Positions 38,449-51,220 of a stretch of DNA of 64,000 nt are shown one piece after another. A program made the translations under genes and the position numbers. The stretch lies in NCBI RefSeq assembly GCF_001447785.1, contig NW_015173677.1:1666024-1730023 (forward strand), written 5' to 3'. Source of the stretch: Gekko japonicus (lineage: Eukaryota). Positions within the stretch are counted from its first letter, which is position 1; each line of letters begins with the position of its first letter. The notes below the pieces were generated by a model. It was not told where the DNA came from and searched no databases. It worked only from the letters and a program-made list of their open reading frames with translations.

Positions 38449-39044
38449 CTGGTGGTAGTGGAAAGTGCTATCAAGTTGCAACTAACCTATGGCAATCCTG
38501 TAGGTTTTTCAAGGCAAGAGACAAATAGAGGTGGCCTGTTTGGTGTGAAGAGCCAGTTTGGTGTAGTGGTTAAGTGTGTGGACTCTAATCTGGGAGAACC
38601 GGGTTTGATTCCCCACTCCGGCACTTGCACCTGCTAATGTGACCTTGGGTCAGTCACAAGCTCTGGCACAGCTGTCCTTGAAAAAGAGCAGTTTGTGTCA
38701 GAGTTCTCTCAGCCCCACCCACCTCACAGGGTGTCTGTTGTGGGGAGGGGAAGGGAAAGGAGTTTGTAAGCCGCTCTGAGACTCCAAGTGAAGGGCNNNN
38801 NNNNNNNNNNNNNNNNNNNNNNNNNNNNNNNNNNNNNNNNNNNNNNNNNNNNNNNNNNNNNNNNNNNNNNNNNNNNNNNNNNNNNNNNNNNNNNNNNNNN
38901 NNNNNNNNNNNNNNNNNNNNNNNNNNNTGCATAGCAACCCTGCACTTCCTTGGTGGTCTCCCATCCAAGTACTAACAGGGCTGACCCTGCTTAGCTTCTG
39001 AGATCTGATGAGATCAGGCTGGGCTGGGCCATCCGGGTCAGGGC
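38449..39044 (-). mobile_element. 5S rRNA-derived SINE with RTE-type tail, interrupted by a Squam3 SINE and a gap
   Basis: The minus strand of 39044-38928 matches 5S rRNA (gatctcagaagctaagcagggtc..gttagtacttggatgggagacc; A and C boxes). The tail cataggttagttgcaacttgatagcact resembles an RTE 3' end. Confidence 0.8.
38548..38796 (+). mobile_element. Squam3-type SINE
   Basis: Canonical head and body. The tail lies in the N gap. Confidence 0.9.
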
Positions 39045-39574
39045 TTTTCCATATATGCCAGGGCTAGATTGGCATTGTCATGCTTTTTCACCAGTCCCAA
39101 ATACTTAATCTGTTATGAGCTAGACGTGATTGCAGATTTCCCTTGATGGTACACAAATTAAAATGTTTGGCTTACCTATTCTATAATTGTGAACATCTCT
39201 ACTTCACAATTATATTGTCTATTTTGATTTTTGCATAATCTGTTTGTGGAAGAGCTGTACTGATCTGTAAGAACGATGGATGTTTAGTGAGAGCTGTTTT
39301 ATCAGCTTTATTTACCAGCCATTTAAGCTTTTGCATGATGGAGTTAATGAATCAGAAAGAACATTACCTTTGCATGTCATGACTGGCATTTGAGTTTCTC
39401 AGGAGGAAACACGTTTTTATCGCTTCAAGCTGCAACCAACCAGGTAGGAGTAAAATGTAAAAAAATACATATATAGCTTTTTAAAGGTGGCTGCTGCTGT
39501 CAATGCATTAAAAAAAAAAACCCTGACAATCTAATCACACATTTGATTGCTCCCTAATTTTTCTTCTTTATCAG

Positions 39575-39595
39575 GACTTCAGTCTTTGAACCATG
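39575..39595 (+). other. Candidate 21-nt microexon ending in ATG
   Basis: ccctaat branch point, tttttcttctttatcag acceptor and ATG|gtgagt donor. Two TGCATG motifs lie upstream (39332, 39371). Confidence 0.55.
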
Positions 39596-39790
39596 GTGAG
39601 TCTGGCGAGTGGCTTAGTGATGCCAGCCTCTTTAGCAGGCTTCAAGCTGTATGCAGCACATATGGCATGATCTACTTGGTATTTGTTTAGTGTGATCCAG
39701 TGATCTGCTGGAAGAAGAGAACGTAAAGGTAGGCAGTGGCCCACCAAGCCCTCAATCCTAGAGTGAATCAAAATTAAGCCCACATACTTA

Positions 39791-40260
39791 GGCCCCGGTC
39801 ACACGGGAGGTTTTGCCCCGCAAGAGGGACAGATCGGGGGTGCATCAAATGGGCGTGATCACACAGCAACATCTGGGAAGCGGAGCGTACCCGTCCCCGA
39901 TCCGTCCTTTCTGGGCGAAACCGCGCATTAAGAAAAAAACCTAGGAAAGAGTACTACCTACCTGAAGCTCCACAGCAAGGACAGCCATGGGATAGCCGGC
40001 ACGCCCATCTTCCGCAGCATTCAATGCTCCCGGCCAAACTGCGCATGTGCACACATGCGCAGCNNNNNNNNNNNNNNNNNNNNNNNNNNNNNNNNNNNNN
40101 NNNNNNNNNNNNNNNNNNNNNNGGCATCTGATCGTGCCGGGGAGCAACTGCGCGGCGGCTCGAGGGATCTGTCTGATCCTTCCGCTGCGCGTTTATTTTG
40201 CTGCGGCTCAGAAAAGCCATGCTTTGGCCGTGCTCCCCCCCCCCCTGTGTGACCGGGGCC
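39791..40260. mobile_element. PIF/Harbinger MITE, young
   Basis: Perfect 14-bp TIR GGCCCCGGTCACAC / GTGTGACCGGGGCC, TTA TSD (39788-39790, 40261-40263), and undecayed CpGs. Confidence 0.9.
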
Positions 40261-41210
40261 TTAGATTTGCTTTCTGAGAGCTACCGTTTTCATAAATTTC
40301 CCCATACACTTTTGTTCACAAATAAACCATGTTCACAAAAATTGAAAGTTCCACAGAGCAGCTTGGTAAAAACAAATGGAATAAGTGACTGTTTTAAGAA
40401 CTAGATGAGGGTCTTTGGAAGGGGCACTGTCATGTTTGCATTAGAGGCAGCCATTTGTCTCCCACCCTAGTCTAGGAAAGCACTTTGGGCTCTCAGGGAA
40501 AGGGCCACAACTGTGGAGGAAGCAATAATTTCTTCCTACTAAAAGCAGGAAAGAAGATGTATTTCTTCAAGGCTAAGGCTCAATCAACCAACTAGAGCAG
40601 TCATAGCCCCTTGACTAACTGCTGTTATGGTTTCTCCCCCCCCCCTTTTTTGAGGGGGTATTATAAAGGCAAGATAGTGTACTAACTTTTTTGAAGCAGT
40701 TGATGTTACAAGCTTAGTATTTTAGAAAAGAACACAAAGGTATGAAATTTTCATGTATAGCTGTTCTTCAGTGTGGTATGCCACCTTCTGTACAGGGCGG
40801 TTATACCTCTGGGGTAACGCAAATTAAGATATTAATAGTATTCCACATTCTGCTTACTTTTTGTCCTCTGTTATTTAAAAGCTGCGTGTGCCCTCCCCCC
40901 ATCCCAACTTCCTGGTATATTTGATTTCACTTACAAGACCACTACAGTCCATTTTTCACCTCTCCTGAGTTATGTCCCTGCAAGTGTAAATGGCAAGTGA
41001 AACAGTAATCAGAGGTGTTAATTTGTCCTTGCAGGGTGGCAGATAATTGGAGTTGGAACTTTGTACAGAGTCTTTAAAAAAATTAAATGATGCTTTTAAA
41101 CTTTGGGTACAAATTAAGGGAAAAGATCAAGGAACAGAAAGGGAGACACTGAGATGTAACTGGAGTCAGATATTTAACTCTATTTCTCTGGAGTCAAGCT
41201 TGATAGTATT

Positions 41211-41357
41211 ATAGAATCATAGAGGTGGAAGGGACCATACAGGCCATTTACTCCAACCCCCTGCTGAATGCAGGATAAGTCTAAAGCATCCCTGACAGGT
41301 ATTCTTCCAGCTGCTGCTTGAAGACTGACAGCGAGGGGGAGCTCACCACCTCCCTAG
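41211..41357 (-). mobile_element. CR1 3' end fragment
   Basis: atagaatcataga is the reverse complement of the CR1 (ATTCTATG)n tail. Same family as 45091. Confidence 0.85.
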
Positions 41358-42591
41358 CTATATGGTAAAATAATGCTGTCGGTCCATTAGGAAAAAATCA
41401 AAAAATAACAACAGAATAACTTTATGAGGGCCAACAAAACATTGTAAAGTAATGGTAAAAGTTTAATTCTCCATAACTCTTCCTTAGGCAGTATTTTAAG
41501 CAGGGAAAAAACAAACAAATACTGTAACAAAGCAGTAAAGAAATGCGGAAGATCCTTTCGAAAACCCTACCCTCTATTCCCATTTTTTTCACTTGTAGAA
41601 ACTCATTTCTGGAATTCCCTTATCACAGAGGCTCACCTGGAACCTACCCTACTCTTTTAGATGTGAGGCCAACAGATTTCTTCCCTTTCACTGAGGGTTT
41701 TCATCTTTTGTAGCTATTGTTTTATGGTATGCTTCTCGCCTGAGGGCAGTTTTTGGATGCTCCTGAATACCATTTTCTGTTTATATGTCTAGTGATTCCT
41801 TTTTTTATCTGTTGATTTCAGTAGGGCTGTTTTTAATGTGGTTTTATGATTTTATAATTGTATATTGTTACCTTTTCGGCTACCTCAAGCTGGTACCTAT
41901 GGAGAAGGCATATGTATGCTCTACATAAATAAAAATAGCAAGTGTAAAGGAATATTTCCAGAACATGAAAAGTTTCTGAGGTCTAGACTGGACATGCAGA
42001 AGAAAGATACAGTAATGAAGTGGCAGGATGCTGAAGAAGTAGAATAAATCATGCCACTTACCTGGAAAAGTCCCATGGGATCAGTCCAATAATATCAGTC
42101 AGATTTCCCATGCAATTTCCTCAAGGGAAGCTGTGAATTTCATAGAAAGCCTGTTCAGCAATCAAACCTAACCTGTTCAGTACTCATGATGCAACCATAA
42201 GCTGTTGAAGCATATGTTCAGCTTTCACTGAGCAACTCAAACAGCTGCTGAACAAGCTTGCAGCTACATGTTGGTCAGAAGAGGACTCACAGTTGAATGA
42301 AGGATTGAGCGATCAGATGAGAGTCCTCCTAGCTCTTCCTTGTATTCTAGCCTAGTGCTGGAACACAGGAAAGTGTCACGAGGAATCAGAAACCAACTCA
42401 CAGCTGATGAAGGATCAGCCAGGCTTTTGATCTACCTCTCCCTTCAGAACATCGCTGTACAGTAAAGTTAATCAGAAGCAATTGGTTTCTGATCACCCCC
42501 ACTGCAAAAGGGAGAGGAGAAAAGTAATTTCATTCACCTTCCAACTTGGTAGAGGAAATGGAGCAATACTTCTGATGTCCCCATTACAATA

Positions 42592-42831
42592 TAGGGTTGC
42601 CAACCCCAGGTTTGGAAATGCCAGGATATTTGAGGGTGTAATTTGGAAGAGTGGGATTTAGGGAGGGGAGTGACCTTGTTAGGGTATACTGCTATGCAGT
42701 CCACCTTCCAAAGAAGCCATTTTCTCCAAGAGAAGTGGAATAAGTGTTTTAAATAAATGATTGATGTAGCCTGGAGAACAGTTGTAATTCCAGGAGATCT
42801 CCAGTCCTCAGCCTGAAGGTTGGCAACCCTA
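42592..42831 (-). mobile_element. Non-autonomous TIR element (tagggttgcc family)
   Basis: TIR tagggttgccaacc / ggttggcaacccta. Confidence 0.75.
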
Positions 42832-44034
42832 AGGGAGCATGTGAATGCTTCTCTCCTTTTCTCTGTAGCCAAGTTGTCTGATCCTTTTCTCTGCAACCCA
42901 GGCCAACAGTGGGAGAGGGAGAGTGATGTCTTTCCACTTCCCTACCCCACCGAGGGTTTGAGCTGTAGAGAACAGAACTGAACTCCTTTTCTCTATGGGA
43001 GCAGGAGAAGAGGAAAAAGAATCATTTGAGCTTCTGATCATGTGCACATGCACGCACACGCACACCAGCAACAAGCAAATATGCTGCATTTTAGCAAGAC
43101 TATTGTGAATGACTGCACTTTTAAAAGCTTTGAAGTGCTGGACAAACAGGTAAAGAATTGTGACGGGTTAATTCTTTACAGAAACAGAGAGCCTTGAGTG
43201 ATAGGCTGCTCCAAGCAATTTTATTAGTTAACATCAGCTGAGCAAAGGAAGACTTTAGAGCTGAATGCTGAGGAGGAGAACTCATTTGGAATTCAACCCT
43301 GACTGAGAGCAGTTTAAAACAGACAGGAGAACTGGGGAAAGTTGATAAGGACAAGTGGGTTGTTAGATGGAGACTCCAATTTGGGCCAAGGAAAGGGGAT
43401 AGATCTTCTAGTGAGAGGACAATTTCCCTACCCAGTCAAACAGGGAGTTAGCCCTGGTCTGATGTGGTTAGAAACTGACTTTAGAAACCTTAAGAGTCAG
43501 TTGAAAACTCAAGATGAGTACTGGTGTTTCAAGAGATCGGGTTTTGGTACCGGAAAGCATGCACCAGCCTTAAGGAAACTGAAAGAGTTAGACAATACTC
43601 AAAGAAAGTGTATTGAAGTATTTGGGGAAAACACTAGAACAAAAGCCTCTCAACATAAAGATTTAAGTCACTGTGAAAAGCTTAAAAAACTCTCATTATC
43701 GTGCAACATAAGAACTAAAGTCTGTGCATGTACTGGTTTTAACTCCAAAATTTGAACCCTTGATTTCACCTGACCTTTCCACTTTATGTTGAATAAAATA
43801 TTTTATTAATTTGGAATATTAAAAAAATCTCATTCTTGGACTGAGCCAAAAAAACAAGTGTATGCCAATAAATGTTATTGGAATTGTACTGAGCCAAAAT
43901 ACTATACTTTGACAAACAGGGACAGCCAGAGTTCTTCAGGAAAGAAGAAAACACATTACTAGGGTGACTCAGGCAGACAGGGAAAGAAAAAGGGAGGGAA
44001 AATCTTACCTCTGAAGAAGGGAAATGGACGGGGG

Positions 44035-45763
44035 CAGTGTTCCCTGTAAGCTGTGCTAGGGTGCACTAGCGCATGAATTTCTGGACTCCAGCACAGGGAT
44101 TTTCATCCCAGCGCACAGGCCCCAGGAGTGGGGGGCCCTCCTTCTCAATAATCAACTTACTTGGTGAGGCAGCTGTCTTCTCACTGTCTGCAGGGCCAAC
44201 CATCTAAAGGGAGGCAGTTGTCTGGGCCCCGCCTTACTTTTTGCTTCAACTAGAATGCCTGGAAGACCCCTCCTGCTGTGGTGCTCTAGAAGATCTGCTC
44301 TCGTGCCCCACAGGCCACTGGATCAGGTAAAGTCTCCCCCTCGCCTCTCTCTGTCCAAGAGGAAGTTTGGGCTCAGGACTGGGAGGTCCCCAGCAGCCAT
44401 GCCACGCATTTCTCTCCCTAGCCCCAATGGGGTAGCCCCAATGGGCTTTACAGTTAAACACAGCAAAAGGCTCTTCATGAGAAGCTTTGTTTTGGGGTGG
44501 GGGAGGGAAGGAGCTGGTTTCCAGGTGGAGGCTTGCACCGGCTTGCTTGGTTGCTGGTGAGTCCCTGGGAGAGAAAAGCCCCTTGCGCTTATTTTGCATT
44601 GAGGGGGAGAGTAGGAGCTGGCTTCTACATGGAAGGTTGAGCCTTCTCAGCTGGTTGCCAATGAGTCCCTGTGAAAGAAAAGCCCCTTGTGCTTGTTTTG
44701 TTGCTGGATCCAGCCTTCCTTCAGCTTAAGAGTCCCTCCAATAGTCCCTGCAAGAGAAAAGCCCCTTGTGCTTGTTTTGCATTTGTTTGGGGTTCGGGGA
44801 GGGAAGGACCTGCCTTCCACATGGAAGCTTGAGCCTTCTCAACTGGTTGCCAGTGAGTCCCTGAGAGAGATAAACCCCTTGTGTTTGTTTTGGTGTTGGA
44901 TCCAGCCTTCCTTCAGCTTCAGAGTCCTTTCAATAGCAGAAAGAGTAAGCATCCTTAGACTGGAGGAAGGCTTCAAACTTCAGTTACTGGAGTGGTAGCA
45001 GAGGGGTAGGAGCCACAAAGTGACTTGAGTATTCTATGCTGAGATTTGCAGTTTTCAGATGTGATGTTGCAAGAGAACATCTTCCCTTTTCATAGAATCA
45101 TAGAATAACAGAGTTGGAAGGGGCTATACAGGCCATCTAGTCCAGTCCCCTGCTCAATGCAGGATCAGCCTAGAGCATCCCTAACAAGTGTAATCTATCT
45201 GCTTGGTTCATAACCTTTTTTTGTAAGTTGTTTGAACAGATGCACTTAAATTGTGGAAAATAGTCTCTCTCCACTTCATTATATTTTCCAATGTGGCTTT
45301 CAGAGTTAAACTGGCTTGGGGGACTGGTGGGGCATCAGGTCCCTCAAGGTTGGTTGGAGAGGGTGGGGGGATGGAGATGGATGTTGTAAGTGGGAAGCTG
45401 GGAGGATGGAGATTCTTGTGGGGGGTCTTTTAGTAGCAGTTTTAAGGACAGATGGGCCAATGAGACCCATCCAGTCCAACAGTCTGGCTAAAGCCCTGGT
45501 GCCCACTATTGCCCCCCTGGCATAAATTAGAACGTTTACTGTAATGAGACTTGATACTCTTTCAGTTAGAATGTTTAAATAATTATTAAAGTTATTCTCA
45601 CAAAGTTATGGTAACGGTTATGTTTACATTTCATGTCTGTATATTTTGTATGTTCATAAACTGATATTAAAAAATAAAATGTAGACTGGCTCACAACTTT
45701 TATGGTTTGGCTCACAAAGACATTTTTTTGCACACAGAGCTTTTGAGCTTAGAAGGAACATTG
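44035..45763. mobile_element. Non-autonomous hAT element, 1.73 kb, with internal tandem repeats and a nested CR1 stub
   Basis: TIR CAGTGTTCCCTGTAAGCT / AGCTTAGAAGGAACATTG and perfect 8-bp TSD GACGGGGG (44027-44034, 45764-45771). The termini match the MITE at 17421. Confidence 0.85.
45091..45200 (-). mobile_element. CR1 3' end fragment
   Basis: catagaatcatagaat tail followed by gagttggaaggggctatacaggccatctagtcc. Confidence 0.85.
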
Positions 45764-47405
45764 GACGGGGGGCAGCGTCATAACTAGGATGCAGTAACAT
45801 TTCCAGGATGGGAAATCAGAATAATTCAACTTCCAGTACATTCACGTGATGAACTGAAATTTGCCTCCTGATACCTCTTCCCGCTTAAAAGTTTTGCTTG
45901 GTATTCCTCTGCACAGATCAGAAGCTGACTTCCAGATTCTCCCTCATTAACTAGGATCCAGCTTCTGATGGCTGCAAGTAGCCTTTCCTGCAAACAAATG
46001 GAAACTGGCTGCAAGTAGCTGAACAGCCCATCAATTAATTGGCTGTCAGATCTCCACTGGCGAACAGGATATGAGCTGAACTGGCAGCTGTTCAAACATT
46101 CCTAATTGCCTCATATTTAAAAAATGCTTAAATGTGACTGTGGATACTTGTTCACTGGCAATGATAATCTCATTGGTTTTCAGCACAATGGTTAGATTAA
46201 TTCTTCTCTGCCACACAGGCAGAGAGAGGCAAAAGGACATGACTCTATCAGCTGGTCCCATGGTCTGGAAGCACTGCAGGGTGCACACTCTTCCTCTGAG
46301 CTCTCTGGTTCAGACAGTAAACTCACACACAGAGAGACCAGCCTCTTCTTCAGCTGGGCTGCAAGCAGCCTATGCGGCAGCATTATTCAGTGCATTCTTT
46401 CCTGCCACATGGCTCAACCAGAAAATGGACAAAGAAATAGATGGGAGTGTCCATCAGCAGAGTCATTCTGATCAGTACTGGCTGGCCCAGATTGGGCGAG
46501 GGGGGCACTGTCAGATGGCATAGTTGCTGTGGAAATTGAGTCTATGGGAACATGGAACTGATGGGGAGATAGAGGCTGGCTGGAGAAGGACACCTCATGC
46601 TGGCTGCTTTCTTTTCATTGGGTATTTGTCTTAAATTCAGGGTCATATTTTTATGTGTAAGCTTATGGGGGGGGCAAACACATTCTGGACCATCTTCGGG
46701 TAAATATAGTAAGAGTGTTCTGACATATGAAAATCCAATCATTGAGTTACAGAGCAGGCATCTGACCTAACCAGTAAACTATTAAAAGCCTGTACTGTGG
46801 TTTGCCACTATTCTATACTAGCTGTAGCTTACAACACCTTTTGCTCTTAAAAGCTAGAGTAATTCCCCATGTACCAATCTCATCTCCTGCTTCAAGCTTT
46901 CACTATTAAAAGAAATGCACTGTAGTACTGCAGAGATCAGTGTCAGACTCAGTTTCATTTAACATTGTTACTAATGAACTGGAAGGAAGCGTAAGCAGCA
47001 ATTCCACAGCATTTGTAGACCATAATAAATTAGGGTACTGCAAACTACCAGTTAAGACAAATAATGCTATTAATATAAAGAGACCTAAAAAGTAACAAAC
47101 AAAGATTTAACCTGGAAAACACATACTGGTATGCAAATAAGGGGAAAAATCAATTTAGAGAACAAATACCGGTGTTACATTCCAAATATTCATCTCTGAA
47201 TTCCAGAAACAATACTGACGAGAACGGAAAATACCTGCTGCAGTTCTTGTGCCTGTTTATTCGGAAGAAAGTTCCACATAGTTATGGAACTTATTTCCCA
47301 GTAAGTATGTGCTTTAAGGGATTTCCAAGATAGGCCTTTACAGTGATTTTTGAACTTAGTAAAATCTTTAAAAATGTGGGGAAATGGCCATTGAATAGTA
47401 GATAC

Positions 47406-47771
47406 TAGGGATGGTCAAGAATTTAAATGCCTTTGGAACTCACTTCTAGCTGGGTGGCCTGACCCCAGAGTAAGCTCCAAAGGCATTTAAATGCCTTCAG
47501 AACTCATTTCAGCCAGTGATAGGTTCCAACGGCATTTAAATGCTTTTGACGCTCACTTCCAGGTGGACTGCCAGACCCAGAAGTAAGCTCTGGAGGCATT
47601 CGGAGCCCAAGAATGTGTCTCCCATGAACCTGAGAAACTTCCATGAAAAACATGGAGGTTTATGGGTGGAACATGGGAGACATGTTCTCCCAAATTCCTG
47701 GTTTGCAAACAACAAACTGGCCTGGTCCATGCTTGAACTGGGGTTCATTTGAGGGTTTGTGGCCATCCCTA
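47406..47771. mobile_element. hAT MITE with Ac-like TAGGGATG termini
   Basis: TAGGGATGG / CCATCCCTA termini, perfect 8-bp TSD GTAGATAC (47398-47405, 47772-47779), and internal gcatttaaatgc palindromic repeats. Confidence 0.9.
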
Positions 47772-47794
47772 GTAGATACATATAAAAATCACTG

Positions 47795-48010
47795 GAGTCC
47801 CTGAAATAAGGCAGTAATGCTAGGAAAAGTTGAAGGCAGTAGGAAAAGAGGAAGACCCAACACGAGATGGATTGACTCAGTAAAAGAAGTCACGGCCCTC
47901 AGTTTGCAAGCCCTGAGCAAGACTGCTAATGGTAGGACATTTTGGAGGTTCATTAATTCATAGGGCTGCTATAAGTTGGAAATGACTTGATGGCAGTTAA
48001 CATACGCACA
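47795..48010 (+). mobile_element. RTE/BovB-clade LINE 3' end
   Basis: MLGKVEGSRKRGRPNTRWIDSVKE...FWR..IHR..IS...LDG, followed by a CA-type tail. Confidence 0.85.
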
Positions 48011-48437
48011 TAGGAATAATTTACACTGAGCCACTCATAACCTGTTTACATAACTAATGAAACTATAAGCAATACAGTCCTGTCAAGACACCACATTTTT
48101 CACTTCAGGCCCCTCTTTGGGATACATTACATCTGGAGGTGGGGCATACAAAGAACAGGGCTGTTTCAACAGTCCCTCCTCCCACATCCCGATACAGAAG
48201 ACCCTTTGCTCCCCTGTGCTTGTCACCATCTTTATAAATTTTTTTTGCCCCAAAGCTACTTAGGATTTAGTACTAAGGTATATTAAAACTCGTGTGATGG
48301 GAAAACAGCAAATTAAGGGGGAACAAACATAAAACCATTAAATTGCTGTTGAAATAAAACAGATGCAACTACTCTTTTTAGTTGTTTCAGTTGATTTAAC
48401 CAGGCTTTTGTTTTATTTTAGACTTTCTTTACTACTT

Positions 48438-50250
48438 TTATTTATTTTTATTTATCAAATTTATATTCTGCTCCCTCTCCCCCAAATGGGACTCAGAGCA
48501 GCTAACAGCATATAAAATATACCAATAAAACCAATACAAAGATACAATAAATTATCTTTAAAATATAAAATGGTTAAAAATCTACCCCCATCAAAATCTA
48601 TCCACTATAAAGTGGGGTAGGATGTGTGGATGGTGAAGACACTGCTGATGTATACCAGCTGCCTGGTGGATCGCAATCACACAAGGGTTGCCTGAAAAAG
48701 AGCAGCCTTGCATGCCCTACGGAACCTAGGGAGGTCCCACAAGGCACACACCTCTTCAGGAAGACAGGGGTCACTACTGAGAAGCCCCTTGTCCTTGTTG
48801 ATACAAGGTGGGCAGTTTGTGGACCAGGGACCTTCAATAAATGCCGAGATGAATATTGGAGAAGATGGGAGGATCATGCTGGGAGAGGTGGTCCCGAAGA
48901 TATGAGGGTCCCAGGCTATTTAGGGCTTTAAAGGTAAGTGCCAACACTTTGAATTGGCACAGGAAACTAATTGGGAGCCAGTGCAGCTGCTGTAGCATAG
49001 GTGTTTTATGTGCTGACCAAAACACTCCTGTCAGCACTCTGGCAGCTGCATTCTGGACCACTTGCAGCTTCTTAAGTGTCTTCAAAGGTAGCCCTGCAAA
49101 GAGCGCATTACAGTAGTCCAGTCTTGAGGTGACTGTTGAGTGAATTACTATGGCATGGTCTTCCCAAGACAGATAGGGAGCAAGTTGTTGGGCCCAGTGT
49201 AGATGGTAAAACACAGTATTTGTTACCGAGGACACATATTTCTCCATGGAGAGCAAAGAATCAAGCCATACTCCTAAATTTCTGATCAAGTTGACTGTAG
49301 AAGGACGGACCCCATCAAGGGTTGGTAGAAGTGGTCACCTTGGTGGTCTGGGCTTCCCAGCCACATAATCTCTGTCTTAGATAGATTTAGCTTTAACCAG
49401 AACCAGCTCTCACCTAGCCATTCCACCACTGCATCCAGGCATGAGGCCAAGACTGGAATTCTGGCTACCAGTTGCTCATTAAATAAGAGGTGGAGCTGGG
49501 TGTTGCCTGCAGATTGATGGCACCCCACTCCAAATGTGATGATCTCTGCCAGAGGGTGCATATAGATATTAAATAACATTGGGGAGAAAATTGACCCCTG
49601 TGGAACTCCAGAGGTTAGGATCCACCTCTCTCCACCCATGATTACCCTCTGGGACCGACCCTGGAGGAATGAGGAGAACCAGCTCATGGCCGTACCCCTC
49701 ACACCTATGGAGGGTAGGTGGTTGCCCAGGACCACTATGTCTACTGTGTAAATTTTACTGTGTAAAGGCAGCAGACAGATTCAACAGGATCAGTATAACC
49801 ATCCTGCCTGCATCAAGGTGTAACCGGAGCTTAACCAGAGCAACCAGAGCTGTCTCAGTCCCAAACCCCAGCCAAAAGCAGTATTGGAAGGGATCTAAGG
49901 CAAATGTCTCATCCAGGAATTCCTGGAGCTGTTCAGCCACTGCTCACTCAATCACATTTCCCAGAAATGGAAGTTTAGATACTGGAAGGTAATTGGCTAG
50001 GTCTCTCTCATCTAGCAATTACTTTTTCAGGAGAGGTTTCACCACTGCCTCCTTGAGGGAGCTAGAGAAAGAGCCCTGGGAGAGTGAAAGATTGATAATG
50101 TCTCTCATTTCCCTGGAGGCTTTCACCAACCAGGAAGGGCAGGGATCTAAGGAGCAGATAGTAAGCAGCACAGCCAATGTTGACACTGTCAACATTTTCC
50201 TGGGAGAGTAGGTTGAAGGAGTCTAAAAATGGACTTGATTGCACACACAA
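48438..50250 (-). mobile_element. L2 LINE, 5'-truncated, degenerate RT
   Basis: DPFQYCFW..GTETALV..LLNLSAAF, GVPQGSIFSPMLFNIYM, RNLGVWLDS..VTSRLDYCNAL..VQNAAAR..LHWLP..FKVLALTFKAL, with frameshifts and a (TAAA) tail. Confidence 0.92.
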
Positions 50251-50844
50251 GATTCCTACTAACTCAAAATCTAACAGCCAAGTCTTGGTGAAGAAGTGAG
50301 CCTTTATCAGAAAAGAACATAATTCTGACTCATGTCATTATGAACCACCTTATTCACATACTGGTGTATACAAATATTTCCAACTATTTCTCTCAGGTGT
50401 TGAATCTTTGGCACATGTTTTAGCTTTTCGTATTTAGCCTTAGTATTAAGTCTTCATAGCTGGCTGAAATGAAATCCTTGCTGGTGTTTTGTAAATAACT
50501 CCTTGTATTGATTTTGGTGACATTCCACTGGTTTCTATGAAACTTAATATGAGTGAAGTGTGAACAGGACCACAGCCTTAGAGGTCTAATAATAACCTAG
50601 TAAATTATTTAAACGAGACTGACTTCCAAAACAGTGTTCAGTGTTGCAACCTTAAACATTTTATATATTCCCTTGGAACACATAGTAATTTTGTACAATT
50701 TCTAATTGTAGCAAGTTCACTGAAGCCCAAGTGCTGTCAATGACTCATTGCCAATAGCAGCATATGCTCTACTCTCACCCCATTTTTTTTAGAATCTGAG
50801 TATGCATTTTATTGACATGTTCAGTCAACAAATTTTCTGAAGAT

Positions 50845-51220
50845 AACAATGCCAGGCCCCCAGTGGCATTGGGGGATACCAGCTCCCATTTCCTGCTGCT
50901 GCTCTAAGAAGAAAAATCACATAAAAATGGCTATCAGGCCTATGGTGTGATGTCACTTCTAGGGAAACACCAAAAGTGATGTCATGCCTCTCTAGGAATT
51001 GCTGGGAACTCTAGCATAGAGTTGCCTGCAATTCTCAGAGAGCTGTGATGTCACTTCTGGGCTTTCCCTAGAAATGTCCTCTTTAGGAATTGCTGAACAC
51101 TTCATGGTTATACCATAGAGTTTCAGTGATTCTTAGACAGGCATGACACAACTGTCAGGGATTTCCCAGAAGTGATGTCATGCCATCCTACAAGTCTCTT
51201 GCTGGTTTCCAACCCTTGGT
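50845..51220. repeat. Degenerate palindromic repeat (tgatgtcacttc units), probably an old MITE related to 30402/33270
   Basis: Alternating gtgatgtcacttct / aagtgatgtcatgcc / taggaattgctg..aactc units. Confidence 0.55.

Noticed and set aside
38928-39044. 5S rRNA gene
   Set aside because: The 5' end is divergent, it is not in an array, and it appears to continue into a SINE body and tail.
43100-43920. Possible LTR (CCAAT, AATAAA, ends near tgaca) and 137-aa ORF
   Set aside because: No matching TG..CA pair with a TSD was found, and the ORF has no recognisable motif.
45820-46530. Overlapping 80-130 aa ORFs in unique sequence
   Set aside because: No domain or convincing splice pair is present. 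Any enhancer role cannot be judged without conservation data.
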